This document shows, one piece after another, positions 31,192 through 42,387 of a stretch of DNA of 64,000 nucleotides. A program made the translations under genes and the position numbers. Origin of the DNA: Escherichia coli (GTDB taxonomy: Bacteria; Pseudomonadota; Gammaproteobacteria; Enterobacterales; Enterobacteriaceae); NCBI RefSeq assembly GCF_045037415.1, contig NZ_CP173440.1, one strand, 5' to 3'. The first letter of the stretch is position 1. Each line of letters opens with the position of its first letter. The notes under the pieces are model-generated. The model was not told the origin of the DNA. It searched no databases and saw only the letters and a program-made list of their open reading frames with translations.

Positions 31192-32667
31192 TTAACAATC
31201 TCTCTCAAAAGTCTTGATGATTTTGTGGTCTTTGATCTCGTAGATAATGTCAGCAATATTATCGACCAATTGCTTGTCATGAGATACGAAGATAATAGTT
31301 CCTGCATAGGACTTCATCATTGTTTCTAATGCGGCAATACTTTTTAGGTCAAGATAGTTTCCTGGTTCATCCATAAGCAAAATATTATATTTTCCTAAAA
31401 GCATTTTGGATAAAAGCAGTTTGATGATTTCACCTCCCGATAAGTCGGATAAGTTTTTTTGAATATCATTCGCTCCGATCCCCATTGAAGCCAATACTGC
31501 ACGAATTTCCGCAACTGTGTACTCGCACTCTTCCTGCATAAAGGAGAGCACAGATTTATGCGTGTTAAATTTATATCCTGTTTGTGTAAAGTAGCCAATT
31601 TCAGCTTTTGGAGATATGGTTAATCCATCAGCACGTTCTGATATCATTTTTAACAAGGACGTTTTCCCTGTTCCATTCGATCCAGTTATAGCGACTTTAG
31701 CGCCAAGCGGTATTATAAAGTTAGCGTCATCAAAGATAGTACGGCTACCAAATTTTAAGCTCAGACCATCTGCCGTAATCGGGAACTTATTGTGCAGTTC
31801 TAGGGCTGAACTTTGACGAAAACGAATAGAACGCAAATGCTCTGGTGCTTGAATATCTTCTAATGCAGCCAAACGCTTTTCCATACTCTTAGCTGCCTGA
31901 TACAGTTTTCTTTGCTTGGTGCCAGTCATTTTTGCATGCCCAAGTCGTCCAGCACTTTCGGTAGAGTTTTTGGATTTTTCTCCTTTTTTCTTATTGTCTA
32001 ATCGATTAGCTTGCTGGCGTTTTTCTTGCACAGCAGATTCTAATCGCTCCCGTTCCTTCATCATCAGCTCATATTCTACGGCTTGGTGTTGTCGCTCTTC
32101 TTCTTTTTGACGCAAGTAATCCGAGTAACCACCCCAATATTCCGTAATTTTACCGTCTTTTAACTCCCATATCTTGTCTACAACCATATCAAGAAAATAT
32201 CGGTCATGACTGATAACAAGTAATGCTCCATCAAATGCTTTAAGTTGACCAATAAGTAGATCTATTCCATTGAGATCAAGGTGGCTGGTTGGTTCATCCG
32301 CTAGAATGCCATGTACTTGTTGGGAAAATGCGGCAGCAATTTTTGCACGAGTTTCCTCTCCGCCACTCATTGTGTCGTTTTGTACATTGGAAACACCAAG
32401 GCGAGATAACATTGCCCGGTCTTCGACCGTTTCTATTTCGATTCCGCCCAGTTGGCTGATATGTGCAAAATCACCAAAACGCTGTAATGTCGCTTCGGCT
32501 AAAACAATTTCGCCATTAAGTACTTTGAGTAAACTACTCTTTCCTGCTCCGTTATCACCCACAAGACCAATACGGTCATAAGAGTGAATTTCCAATTCAT
32601 CAATATCCAAAACATCACGCCCAGCATAATCCAAGCGTATGTTTCTCGCTTTAATAATTAAACTCAT
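31192..32667 (-). CDS. msr(E): ABC-F ribosomal protection protein Msr(E) (macrolide resistance)
   Basis: 491-aa product with two ABC domains, [48 protein letters not shown]... Confidence 0.95.
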   Translation of the reverse strand: MSLIIKARNIRLDYAGRDVLDIDELEIHSYDRIGLVGDNGAGKSSLLKVLNGEIVLAEATLQRFGDFAHISQLGGIEIETVEDRAMLSRLGVSNVQNDTMSGGEETRAKIAAAFSQQVHGILADEPTSHLDLNGIDLLIGQLKAFDGALLVISHDRYFLDMVVDKIWELKDGKITEYWGGYSDYLRQKEEERQHQAVEYELMMKERERLESAVQEKRQQANRLDNKKKGEKSKNSTESAGRLGHAKMTGTKQRKLYQAAKSMEKRLAALEDIQAPEHLRSIRFRQSSALELHNKFPITADGLSLKFGSRTIFDDANFIIPLGAKVAITGSNGTGKTSLLKMISERADGLTISPKAEIGYFTQTGYKFNTHKSVLSFMQEECEYTVAEIRAVLASMGIGANDIQKNLSDLSGGEIIKLLLSKMLLGKYNILLMDEPGNYLDLKSIAALETMMKSYAGTIIFVSHDKQLVDNIADIIYEIKDHKIIKTFERDC

Positions 32668-33065
32668 TTTTATTTACTCCTGTTTAGCTCTTGAAATTTT
32701 TTATGCAGCAAACAGGATTTAGGTGAAAACAAAAGCTAGCATCACAGTGTCCTCCCAAAAAAAAAGCTATTCATCCACAGGGTGGACAAATAGCTAGTCA
32801 ATTAAGTTATAACTGGAAACTATGCACTAAAAGCATACTTATAAATTAAGCATACTTTTACTTTATATATCCGCATATATTCTTAAAGACACAACAAAAG
32901 CCCACCATTATAAAATAGTGTCACTATGCAAATAGTTGTGTCTTAACGAATGCGGATAGAATGCATAAACTTACCTAAAAAATAAAATTCAGTTTTATGA
33001 TAACTTTACTGTTAAAAGAAGTCTAGACAACCTGAGGGATCCCCACAAAATTTCCATTCATACAA

Positions 33066-34250
33066 TCAGCTATCAGCCTGTTTGATTACTGCCCAGTCCC
33101 ACTGAACCACCCACTGTAGTATTTGTTTAAGTCCCTGCTGATAATATTGCCTGCGTATTCGCTGTTTGGGTTCTTTGCAAAGTAATATCCCAAGGAAATT
33201 CAGGGCCAATACCCGCCTATTTTTAACGGTGTTAGCTTGATAACGCAGGTGCAAACCCGCTTTCTCCGCTGCGCTACCTAGCAGGTAATGAAACCAATTA
33301 ACCAATGCGGCCAGTAGTAGCAGTATCTCTAAGCGAGATTTCTTCTTGGTACCATGCAAATCGCTACCCAGGCCATAGCGGTGACTTTTCTGATCACGGA
33401 AGCTTTCTTCAATTTGCATTCGGCTACTGTAGCACTTAGCAATTTTATCCGCATACCCATGGCAGTCAGCTAAGGATGACACCAACAACCATGGTTCCTT
33501 ATACGTCTTATTTTTATCGCGTTTCAATAGCTTATAACCTTTGCCAACCAGGACGGCCTGCGTTTCATAGTGTTGTGTTTGGGCAAGCATGATTTTTCCT
33601 ACACTTTTTGGATCCTTCTTCGCTTGCCGATAAAGCTGATTAACACTGATAAACTTGTCCTGCTCTGCCAATTTAAGCTTCACATTGCCTCGAACTCTAG
33701 CTACATAATGCCATCCCAGCTTACGCACTTGTTTCAGCCATGGAACTTTAAACCCCGCGTCAGTGACAATTACGGGCTTACAGTCCTTGGGTAGCATGGC
33801 TTTAAGCTGCTTTAAAAACGCCCCGTGTAGGTGTGGGCAGGTATAATCTTCTGCGGCGGCAATCTTCTGTAGCAGAGTCAACGCTCTACCGTCAGCGGCA
33901 ATGCTGGCACGCAGGATAAAGTGTCGCTTGGCAGTATCGGCATTGCTCCAGTCAACCAAAATCATCGGCTTAGTTTTATGGCCAACAATAGAAGCCGTCA
34001 GCGCAGCATAAATCAATGGCAGCTCTCGTTGCAGGTTAGGATTATTGAGTAGACGATCTGCCCGTTTGATACTGACCTTATCTGAAGAGCCAGGCATCGC
34101 CCGGCCAATCGCAGTAACGGTGCAACACGCATCCTTTGCCAGGGCGGTTACCGCATCTAGCAAAACCGAAAATCGGGCTTTATGCATTGATTTTGGCGTG
34201 ACAAAGGTGAGGAAATCAGCGAGCATAGCTTTTACATTCATGGTGAGCAT
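33066..34250 (-). CDS. IS4-family transposase (ISEc29-like)
   Basis: 394-aa product; position between armA and msr(E) as in Tn1548. Confidence 0.75.
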   Translation of the reverse strand: MLTMNVKAMLADFLTFVTPKSMHKARFSVLLDAVTALAKDACCTVTAIGRAMPGSSDKVSIKRADRLLNNPNLQRELPLIYAALTASIVGHKTKPMILVDWSNADTAKRHFILRASIAADGRALTLLQKIAAAEDYTCPHLHGAFLKQLKAMLPKDCKPVIVTDAGFKVPWLKQVRKLGWHYVARVRGNVKLKLAEQDKFISVNQLYRQAKKDPKSVGKIMLAQTQHYETQAVLVGKGYKLLKRDKNKTYKEPWLLVSSLADCHGYADKIAKCYSSRMQIEESFRDQKSHRYGLGSDLHGTKKKSRLEILLLLAALVNWFHYLLGSAAEKAGLHLRYQANTVKNRRVLALNFLGILLCKEPKQRIRRQYYQQGLKQILQWVVQWDWAVIKQADS

Positions 34251-34965
34251 CCGCGGTGTGGGAGTTTTGGCGAATGATCAGATCAGGAACCGCCATGAAT
34301 GTTCCCCAATCAACTAACATTTTATTTTAACTACAGAATTTCTGGGGATACCTCAGGTGGTTTGCAACTCTTTGGTTTAATTGGTTTGATTTATGGGCCA
34401 ATTATTTTTGCGTTAACCATGGTGCTGTTACGGCTTTATACTATTGAGTTTAAAGATTTTCTGGAACGCCAAGACAATAGCTAACAATAAGATTGTTGTA
34501 CTTTAGCGCTTCGCCCTGCCCATATCGGTATACAGTGCATTTACGGGAGAAAAAACGGCTCAAACAGGAAAAAATGAAATGACTGAGTCAGCCGAGAAGA
34601 ATTTCCCCGCTTATTCGCACCTTCCCTAGATTGCTTTTGAGCCATGCATGCATTTGTTTTTAACCTTCTAAACTGTAGTTGAAACCTATCTTTTCCTCAA
34701 AATATCCTCTATGTTGTCCAAGGAAAAGATAATCCAAAACTTTGGAAAAACATAGTAAGTGTTTCAGAATTGCACTTGATAAACGAAACTTCATTACTTA
34801 ATAATAACTATACAGCATCTATCCGTTATAGAAGTCAGGATACACCAGTAAAAGTAACCCAGAATGAAAATGGATATATATTTGAATTTTCTGCACCACA
34901 ATGGGCTCCAGCCGTTGGACAGAGTTTAGTACTTTTCCAAGAAAATGAGTGCCTTGGAGGCGGAG

Positions 34966-35739
34966 TTATTTCTGAAATCCACTAGTAATATATACTAACT
35001 CATTCCCTATAACCTTCGAATCAAGGATTTTTATCCAACCTTTTGTAAAAGATTCAAACCATAGCTGGTAATTCTCTTCCATTCCCTTCTCCTTTCCAGA
35101 TAAAGACTTTATTGGAAAAGATATTACAAAGTTTTGAGTATGAAAAAGCTGTAGGAAATCCAAGATATTTACATCTTGCTGTTTTAGCACAGGAAGCATC
35201 TTTAAAAGGAATACTACATCATAAGTACCTTTGTAGACATCACTCTCTTTATTCAAAAACCTATACTTTATCGTCGTCTTTAACTTCCCAATAATGCTAC
35301 TCAAAAAAGCTATCTCAGCTCTATCAATATCGTATGCATGATATATTATTTTTTCATTTTCATTCCATTGGTATAAAGCTAATGGATTGAAGCCACAACC
35401 AAAATCTAAAATAGATGAGACATGTTTGATATTTCCAAATACATAAGTGTAAAAGTCATTTAATGTTGCGACTCTTTCATTCGTCGAAGAATGAATCTTT
35501 AGTAAATCTTCTATTGATAACTGCCCCTGATTGTACTTTTTTAATAATTTATCCCAATTAGGATAGGCAGAATAGTAAGACCCCCATATTTGATGCAATT
35601 TCTTTTTAGAATAATTCTCAACTTCCTTTAATTTATATTTCTTCTCAGAAATGGAAACAACCTTTTCAACAATATCTGAATCAAGGTTTTCGTACTTTTT
35701 TGATTCAAGTATCTTCTTAACAACATCATTCTTATCCAT
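34966..35739 (-). CDS. armA: 16S rRNA (guanine1405-N7)-methyltransferase ArmA (pan-aminoglycoside resistance)
   Basis: 257-aa product MDKNDVVKKILESKKYENLDSDIVEKVVSISEKKYKLKEV...; the ORF-track entry 34966-35808 has an N-terminal extension. Confidence 0.95.
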   Translation of the reverse strand: MDKNDVVKKILESKKYENLDSDIVEKVVSISEKKYKLKEVENYSKKKLHQIWGSYYSAYPNWDKLLKKYNQGQLSIEDLLKIHSSTNERVATLNDFYTYVFGNIKHVSSILDFGCGFNPLALYQWNENEKIIYHAYDIDRAEIAFLSSIIGKLKTTIKYRFLNKESDVYKGTYDVVFLLKMLPVLKQQDVNILDFLQLFHTQNFVISFPIKSLSGKEKGMEENYQLWFESFTKGWIKILDSKVIGNELVYITSGFQK

Positions 35740-35952
35740 TTGAAAGAACCTACAAGTTAAGTATTTGATAGGAACTGTCATTTCGGGTTTTTTGCGGTTT
35801 CGGGTCAAAATTCGGTTTTTCCCCCAAACTACGACTGTTTTCGCACCCCGAACAACTAATCCAATCAGAATTTTCCGGCAACGCCGACTCTAAGAAGTGT
35901 AATTCCAGTCCATTTCTGCCGTCAACCCCTGATTCGCGTTAATGCGACAAAG
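35740..35952 (-). mobile_element. Remnant upstream of armA (ISEc28-type end expected from Tn1548 context), truncated by IS26
   Basis: Non-coding ~210 bp between armA and the IS26 IR; identity inferred from context only. Confidence 0.35.
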
Positions 35953-36772
35953 GGCACTGTTGCAAATAGTCGGTGGTGATAAACTTATCATCCCCTTTTG
36001 CTGATGGAGCTGCACATGAACCCATTCAAAGGCCGGCATTTTCAGCGTGACATCATTCTGTGGGCCGTACGCTGGTACTGCAAATACGGCATCAGTTACC
36101 GTGAGCTGCAGGAGATGCTGGCTGAACGCGGAGTGAATGTCGATCACTCCACGATTTACCGCTGGGTTCAGCGTTATGCGCCTGAAATGGAAAAACGGCT
36201 GCGCTGGTACTGGCGTAACCCTTCCGATCTTTGCCCGTGGCACATGGATGAAACCTACGTGAAGGTCAATGGCCGCTGGGCGTATCTGTACCGGGCCGTC
36301 GACAGCCGGGGCCGCACTGTCGATTTTTATCTCTCCTCCCGTCGTAACAGCAAAGCTGCATACCGGTTTCTGGGTAAAATCCTCAACAACGTGAAGAAGT
36401 GGCAGATCCCGCGATTCATCAACACGGATAAAGCGCCCGCCTATGGTCGCGCGCTTGCTCTGCTCAAACGCGAAGGCCGGTGCCCGTCTGACGTTGAACA
36501 CCGACAGATTAAGTACCGGAACAACGTGATTGAATGCGATCATGGCAAACTGAAACGGATAATCGGCGCCACGCTGGGATTTAAATCCATGAAGACGGCT
36601 TACGCCACCATCAAAGGTATTGAGGTGATGCGTGCACTACGCAAAGGCCAGGCCTCAGCATTTTATTATGGTGATCCCCTGGGCGAAATGCGCCTGGTAA
36701 GCAGAGTTTTTGAAATGTAAGGCCTTTGAATAAGACAAAAGGCTGCCTCATCGCTAACTTTGCAACAGTGCC
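35953..36772 (+). mobile_element. IS26 copy 4 (opposite orientation to copies 1-3 and 5)
   Basis: 820 bp with IRs. Confidence 0.95.
35998..36720 (+). CDS. tnp26: IS26 transposase Tnp26
   Basis: Identical to the copy 1 product. Confidence 0.95.
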   Translation: MLMELHMNPFKGRHFQRDIILWAVRWYCKYGISYRELQEMLAERGVNVDHSTIYRWVQRYAPEMEKRLRWYWRNPSDLCPWHMDETYVKVNGRWAYLYRAVDSRGRTVDFYLSSRRNSKAAYRFLGKILNNVKKWQIPRFINTDKAPAYGRALALLKREGRCPSDVEHRQIKYRNNVIECDHGKLKRIIGATLGFKSMKTAYATIKGIEVMRALRKGQASAFYYGDPLGEMRLVSRVFEM

Positions 36773-37788
36773 GTTAAAAGCAACAAAAATGACTTCGTTG
36801 ATGCTGAAGCTATCTGTGAAGCAGCATCACGTCCATCTATGCGTTTCGTGCAGCCCAGAACCGAATCTCAGCAGGCAATGCGAGCTCTGCTCTGCATCGT
36901 GTCCGTGAATCCCTGGTTCAGGATAAGGTGAAAACAACTAATCAGATGCATGCTTTTCTGCTGGAATTTGGTATCAGCGTTCCGCGAGGTGCTGCCGTTA
37001 TTAGTCGACTGAGTACCCTTCTTGAGGACAGTAGTTTGCCTCTTTATCTCAGCCAGTTACTGCTGAAATTACAACAGCATTATCACTATCTTGTTGAGCA
37101 GATTAAAGATCTGGAATCTCAGTTGAAACGAAAGTTGGACGAAGATGAGGTTGGACAGCGCTTGCTGAGTATTCCCTGCGTTGGAACGCTGACTGCCAGT
37201 ACTATTTCAACTGAGATTGGCGACGGGAAGCAGTACGCCAGCAGCCGTGACTTTGCGGCGGCAACAGGGCTGGTACCCCGACAGTACAGCACGGGAGGTC
37301 GGACGACATTGTTAGGGATTAGCAAGCGGGGCAACAAAAAGATCCGAACTTTGTTGGTTCAGTGTGCCAGGGTATTCATACAAAAACTGGAACACCAGTC
37401 TGGCAAGTTGGCCGACTGGGTCAGGGAGTTGTTGTGTCGGAAAAGCAACTTTGTCGTCACCTGTGCTCTGGCAAACAAGCTGGCCAGAATAGCCTGGGCA
37501 CTGACGGCGCGACAGCAAACTTACGAAGCATAAAGGCAGAAATACACCAGTTTAAACAATCATTCATCTGGTTTTGCGAATACTGATATTGATGATACTA
37601 ACGGCCCACCGGCCTGTTGAGGAACCTGTAAAACGGAAAGGCTCATTGAAGCCGTATATTTTCTGGAGGTTCATCAGGCGCGGAACTCATCGAGGCGCGG
37701 GAATAAAATCCCATTCAGACGCCGGATAGATTCAAGCAAGCCAACTTGTCGTCAAAATCGGTGTTGCAAAAACGGGAGTGACCATAGA
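36773..37788 (+). mobile_element. IS4321/IS5075-type element, 5'-truncated by IS26 (3' ~1.0 kb retained); a distinct variant of the copy at 3159-4485
   Basis: Transposase C-terminal part present (ORF track 36928-37533) with 4 aa differences from the complete copy (D/S, I/V, D/E, V/E); element end ...agtgaccataga at 37788. Confidence 0.8.
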
Positions 37789-37811
37789 TTCCGTTTTCTG
37801 AGGCGACCCCC
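37789..37811. repeat. Outer part of a second Tn21-type 38-bp IR (reverse complement GGGGGTCGCCTCAGAAAACGGAA) adjoining the IS4321-like end
   Basis: Read directly; the remainder of the transposon it belonged to is absent. Confidence 0.7.
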
Positions 37812-37891
37812 ACATAGAGACCTTCCCGGTCATTCACTTTGTAGAGTTTGTCCCTGGGCTTGAGATTGCGCAGCTTGGTATCGGTCAGCAT
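37812..37891 (-). pseudogene. int: First 27 codons of a P4-type tyrosine integrase, interrupted by the Tn21-type IR
   Basis: Reverse complement reads MLTDTKLRNLKPRDKLYKVNDREGLYV, the conserved N-terminus of P4-like integrases, then runs into IR sequence. Confidence 0.5.
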
Positions 37892-38220
37892 GTACCTTGT
37901 CCTTCTTCGTCTCCGATACCCACTCTATTGTAAACAAGACATTTTTATCTTTTATATTCAATGGCTTATTTTTCTGCTAATTGGTAATACCATGAAAAAT
38001 ACCATGCTCAGAAAAGGCTTAACAATATTTTGAAAAATTGCCTACTGAGCGCTGCCGCACAGCTCCATAGGCCGCTTTCCTGGCTTTGCTTCCAGATGTA
38101 TGCTATTCTGCTCCTGCAGCTAATGGATCACCGCAAACAGGTTACTCGCCTGGGGATTCCCTTTCGACCCGAGCATCCGTATGAGACTCATGCTCGATTA
38201 TTATTATTATAGAAGCCCCC

Positions 38221-39036
38221 ATGAATAAATCGCTCATCATTTTCGGCATCGTCAACATAACCTCGGACAGTTTCTCCGATGGAGGCCGGTATCTGGCGCC
38301 AGACGCAGCCATTGCGCAGGCGCGTAAGCTGATGGCCGAGGGGGCAGATGTGATCGACCTCGGTCCGGCATCCAGCAATCCCGACGCCGCGCCTGTTTCG
38401 TCCGACACAGAAATCGCGCGTATCGCGCCGGTGCTGGACGCGCTCAAGGCAGATGGCATTCCCGTCTCGCTCGACAGTTATCAACCCGCGACGCAAGCCT
38501 ATGCCTTGTCGCGTGGTGTGGCCTATCTCAATGATATTCGCGGTTTTCCAGACGCTGCGTTCTATCCGCAATTGGCGAAATCATCTGCCAAACTCGTCGT
38601 TATGCATTCGGTGCAAGACGGGCAGGCAGATCGGCGCGAGGCACCCGCTGGCGACATCATGGATCACATTGCGGCGTTCTTTGACGCGCGCATCGCGGCG
38701 CTGACGGGTGCCGGTATCAAACGCAACCGCCTTGTCCTTGATCCCGGCATGGGGTTTTTTCTGGGGGCTGCTCCCGAAACCTCGCTCTCGGTGCTGGCGC
38801 GGTTCGATGAATTGCGGCTGCGCTTCGATTTGCCGGTGCTTCTGTCTGTTTCGCGCAAATCCTTTCTGCGCGCGCTCACAGGCCGTGGTCCGGGGGATGT
38901 CGGGGCCGCGACACTCGCTGCAGAGCTTGCCGCCGCCGCAGGTGGAGCTGACTTCATCCGCACACACGAGCCGCGCCCCTTGCGCGACGGGCTGGCGGTA
39001 TTGGCGGCGCTGAAAGAAACCGCAAGAATTCGTTAA
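38221..39036 (+). CDS. sul2: Sulfonamide-resistant dihydropteroate synthase Sul2
   Basis: 271-aa product MNKSLIIFGIVNITSDSFSDGGRYLAPDAAIAQARKLMAEGADVIDLGPASSNPDAAP... Confidence 0.97.
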   Translation: MNKSLIIFGIVNITSDSFSDGGRYLAPDAAIAQARKLMAEGADVIDLGPASSNPDAAPVSSDTEIARIAPVLDALKADGIPVSLDSYQPATQAYALSRGVAYLNDIRGFPDAAFYPQLAKSSAKLVVMHSVQDGQADRREAPAGDIMDHIAAFFDARIAALTGAGIKRNRLVLDPGMGFFLGAAPETSLSVLARFDELRLRFDLPVLLSVSRKSFLRALTGRGPGDVGAATLAAELAAAAGGADFIRTHEPRPLRDGLAVLAALKETARIR

Positions 39037-39122
39037 CTGCACATTCGGGATATTTCTCTATATTCGCGGTTCAGCAGGCATGTCCCCTTTGAGGGCGACC
39101 CGACGACAGGATAATCGACCTT

Positions 39123-39425
39123 ATGGTGCGCAAATATTTCGGCACAGACGGTATTCGTGGCAAAGCCAACGAAGGCGCGATGACGGCGGAAACCGCCTTG
39201 CGCGTCGGCATGGCGGCTGGCCGTGTCTTTCGTCGCGGTGACCACCGCCATCGTGTCGTGATCGGCAAGGATACGCGCCTGTCGGGCTATATGCTTGAAC
39301 CCGCGCTCACAGCCGGTTTCACCTCGATGGGCATGGACGTATTCCTTTTTGGCCCGCTGCCGACAACGTATAGGAAGAATAAACGCCCTTTTCACCCAAG
39401 TCCAACAGCTTTGGACCGCAGTTGA
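39123..39425 (+). pseudogene. glmM: Phosphoglucosamine mutase glmM, 5' fragment (the usual sul2-linked remnant)
   Basis: [36 protein letters not shown]... then loss of similarity. Confidence 0.8.
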
Positions 39426-39559
39426 CTCTTTCGACACCCCTGCGATGCAACCCAATCCGGCTGACGGGGAGCCAGCAACGCTGAAAATTTACCCTCCTCT
39501 TTCCCACTAGCGGCTCCTTTTCCGACAACCAGCACGGCGGATCCCTGCCGCGGCGCTGT

Positions 39560-41200
39560 GAACGCAGCATTTTGATTGGTATCGTTGGCCTTCAGGCTCG
39601 TCAGTCAAACAGACCCAGGAGCAGCTCAGCCGGTGGCGCCCGGCTTTCGGGTAACGCCCTGGTCCCGCTGGTTTCGGCTTTGTGCTTCAGGTGATCAAGG
39701 ATCTGCTTGATCACTATAGGGTCTTCAATGCAGGCGATGACTTTCATGGCGCCGCCGCAGCCGCTGCAGGTCTCGATGTCGATATTGAAAACACGCTTGA
39801 GCCGTTGCGCCCATGTCATCGACGCTCGCCGTTGTGCTGGTGTTGCCGGTTCATCAGCCACCCTGACCTTGTTGCCCCTGCCCCGTTTTGCCGGCGTGAC
39901 CAACGCCCGGTGCCGACTGTTGGGTGCGAACACCCCGTGGAAGCGGGTTAGGTTGACTCTGGGCTTCGGTACCAGGGCGGCCAGCCTTGCAATGAAATCC
40001 AATGGTTCGAAAATGACGTGCGTGGTGCCGTCCCGGTACGGCGTCTTGAGCTGGTAGCGCACGTTGCCGCCTCGTGTTAACGACAGCCGCTTCTCGGATA
40101 CCGCCGGGCGGCTGATGTACCGGCACAGCCGTTCGAGCTTCTTGCGTTCATCGGCCCTGGCCGCCACGCCGGCGTGCAGGCTGGACCCGGCTACCTTGCC
40201 AATCCCGTCACCGAACGGATCACCACTGGTCGGCAGAGTTTGCAAAGTGAACACCTTTCGCCCCGCCTGTGAACCGACAGCGATACGGTAAGTGATCGAG
40301 TGCCCCAGCAGGGGTGTCATCGGGTCGTCATCCACCGCATCCGAGGCCAGATAGCTGTTTTCGACATCCCGTTCCAGCAGGCCTTGCCGTTCCAGATAGC
40401 GACCCACCCGGTGGGCGATGGTGTGCGTCAGCTGGGTGAGCTCTGGGCTGGTCGGCGCCTTGACCCAGCGGAAACGCGCTGAGCCGTGGGATTGCTCGAC
40501 ATACACACCGTCGAGAAACAGCATGTGGAAGTGAACATTCAGATTGAGCGCCGATCCAAAACGCTGGATCAGGGTGACCGCGCCCGTCTTGGCCACTTGG
40601 TGGGTATGGCCCGCTTTCTTGACCAGGTGCGTGGCAATGACGCGGTAAACGATGCCCAGCACCCACCCCATGATCTCGGGCCGGCTGGCAAACAGGAAAC
40701 GCAGCTGAAACGGGAAGCTCAACACCCACTGACGCATGGGTTGTTCAGGCAGTACTTCATCAACCAGCAAGGCGGCACTTTCGGCCATCCGCCGCGCCCC
40801 ACAGCTCGGGCAGAAACCGCGACGCTTACAGCTGAAAGCGACCAGGTGCTCGGCGTGGCAAGACTCGCAGCGAACCCGTAGAAAGCCATGCTCCAGCCGC
40901 CCGCATTGGAGAAATTCTTCAAATTCCCGTTGCACATAGCCCGGCAATTCCTTTCCCTGCTCTGCCATAAGCGCAGCGAATGCCGGGTAATACTCGTCAA
41001 CGATCTGATAGAGAAGGGTTTGCTCGGGTCGGTGGCTCTGGTAACGACCAGTATCCCGATCCCGGCTGGCCGTCCTGGCCGCCACATGAGGCATGTTCCG
41101 CGTCCTTGCAATACTGTGTTTACATACAGTCTATCGCTTAGCGGAAAGTTCTTTTACCCTCAGCCGAAATGCCTGCCGTTGCTAGACATTGCCAGCCAGT
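39560..41200 (-). mobile_element. ISCR2 (IS91-like rolling-circle element); oriIS side towards the glmM fragment; ends approximate
   Basis: Contains the 497-aa Rcr2 transposase; canonical sul2-glmM fragment-ISCR2 arrangement. Confidence 0.7.
39601..41094 (-). CDS. rcr2: ISCR2 rolling-circle transposase (Rcr2)
   Basis: 497-aa product MPHVAARTASRDRDTGRYQSHRPEQTLLYQIVDEYYPAFAALMAEQGKELPGYVQREF... Confidence 0.9.
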   Translation of the reverse strand: MPHVAARTASRDRDTGRYQSHRPEQTLLYQIVDEYYPAFAALMAEQGKELPGYVQREFEEFLQCGRLEHGFLRVRCESCHAEHLVAFSCKRRGFCPSCGARRMAESAALLVDEVLPEQPMRQWVLSFPFQLRFLFASRPEIMGWVLGIVYRVIATHLVKKAGHTHQVAKTGAVTLIQRFGSALNLNVHFHMLFLDGVYVEQSHGSARFRWVKAPTSPELTQLTHTIAHRVGRYLERQGLLERDVENSYLASDAVDDDPMTPLLGHSITYRIAVGSQAGRKVFTLQTLPTSGDPFGDGIGKVAGSSLHAGVAARADERKKLERLCRYISRPAVSEKRLSLTRGGNVRYQLKTPYRDGTTHVIFEPLDFIARLAALVPKPRVNLTRFHGVFAPNSRHRALVTPAKRGRGNKVRVADEPATPAQRRASMTWAQRLKRVFNIDIETCSGCGGAMKVIACIEDPIVIKQILDHLKHKAETSGTRALPESRAPPAELLLGLFD

Positions 41201-41304
41201 GCCCGTCACTCCCACTCGATTGTAAACAAGCACACAAAACCCTTTAGTGACAACAATTTGCAAGAACTATCAGGCTCAGTGCCATGAAAAATACCATGAC
41301 CAGA

Positions 41305-41529
41305 TCATGAGGTTGAACACGGCTTGCGCCGGCAGCGTTCACGCTCCTGGTCGGCGATCTCGCCCGGCTGCAATGCTAGCTCAGCATCGGTCATGCGCTC
41401 CAGCACGTCGCGTAGGCGGATGGTGCAAGGAATGGGCGGCAGCTCGAACTCATAGCCGCCGGCGATCATTTCGGCCGCAATCTCCTCGGTGATGAAAAAC
41501 GGCTCGTCGTCTTGGTTCGGCTTCTTCAT
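41305..41529 (-). CDS. Small hypothetical protein between resG and ISCR2
   Basis: 74-aa ORF whose start overlaps the resG stop by 4 bp (41526-41529). Confidence 0.4.
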   Translation of the reverse strand: MKKPNQDDEPFFITEEIAAEMIAGGYEFELPPIPCTIRLRDVLERMTDAELALQPGEIADQERERCRRKPCSTS

Positions 41530-42263
41530 GCCCTTTCCTCCTGGCGCTCATCCTGGCCGACAGCGGCCAGGGCATCGGCTTCCGTCAATGCGTCCTCCAC
41601 GAACGCGCCGTGCTGCTTCGCTTCGGCCTGGCTGACCTCGGCCCATATCCGTTTCACCTGGGCCGCACTGTACCCGGCCAGCTCGGCGGTCTTGTTGATG
41701 CTGTAGCCGGACTTGCGCAGCGCGACAACTTGGGCGCGGCGCTTCGGATCAGCACGGCGGCCCTTGTACCGCCCGGCCTGGCGGGCCAACTCAATGCCTT
41801 GGCGCTGGCGTTCGCGCCTGTCCTCGTAGTCGTCGCGGGCCATCTGCAAGGCCAGGCGAAAAAGCATGATCTGCACGGCTTCCAGCACGATCTTGGCGAC
41901 GCCCTGGGCCTCGGCCGCCAGGTCGGATAGATCGACCACGCCAGGGACGGCCAGGCTTGCGCCTTTGGCCTGTATCGAGGCCACCAGGCGCTCGGCCTCG
42001 GGCAAAGGTAGGCGGCTGATGCGGTCGATCTTCTCGGCAATGACCACCTCGCCGGGCTGTAGGTCGCCGATCATGCGCAGCAGCTCAGGCCGGTCGGCGC
42101 GTGCGCCGGATGCCTTCTCACGGTAGATGCCGGCGACGTAGTAGCCGGCGGCCTTCGCGGCCGTAGTGATCGCCTCTTGGCGTTCCAAGTCCTGCGCGTC
42201 GGTGCTGACGCGCAGATAGACCCGCGCCACCATCGGCGCGGCTACTGGCTTCGTCCTGCGCAT
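41526..42263 (-). CDS. resG: Serine recombinase/resolvase (ResG-like, as found next to ISCR2 in GIsul2-derived regions)
   Basis: 245-aa product with N-terminal YLRVSTDAQDLERQ serine-recombinase motif. Confidence 0.75.
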   Translation of the reverse strand: MRRTKPVAAPMVARVYLRVSTDAQDLERQEAITTAAKAAGYYVAGIYREKASGARADRPELLRMIGDLQPGEVVIAEKIDRISRLPLPEAERLVASIQAKGASLAVPGVVDLSDLAAEAQGVAKIVLEAVQIMLFRLALQMARDDYEDRRERQRQGIELARQAGRYKGRRADPKRRAQVVALRKSGYSINKTAELAGYSAAQVKRIWAEVSQAEAKQHGAFVEDALTEADALAAVGQDERQEERA

Positions 42264-42387
42264 ACTTGCGGGCTCCTTTGGGCATACGCAAAGTGTCCGG
42301 TCATGCTACCCCCGGCCAAAAAGGCCGTCATGCGATTTATCTTGGCCGGGTCGTTATTGGCGGGTCTAAATGGCCGCTCCGTGGATC

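Noticed and set aside
34770-34985. 71-aa ORF between ISEc29 and armA
   Set aside because: Short, no recognisable family, in an IS-derived intergenic remnant; kept out of the feature list.
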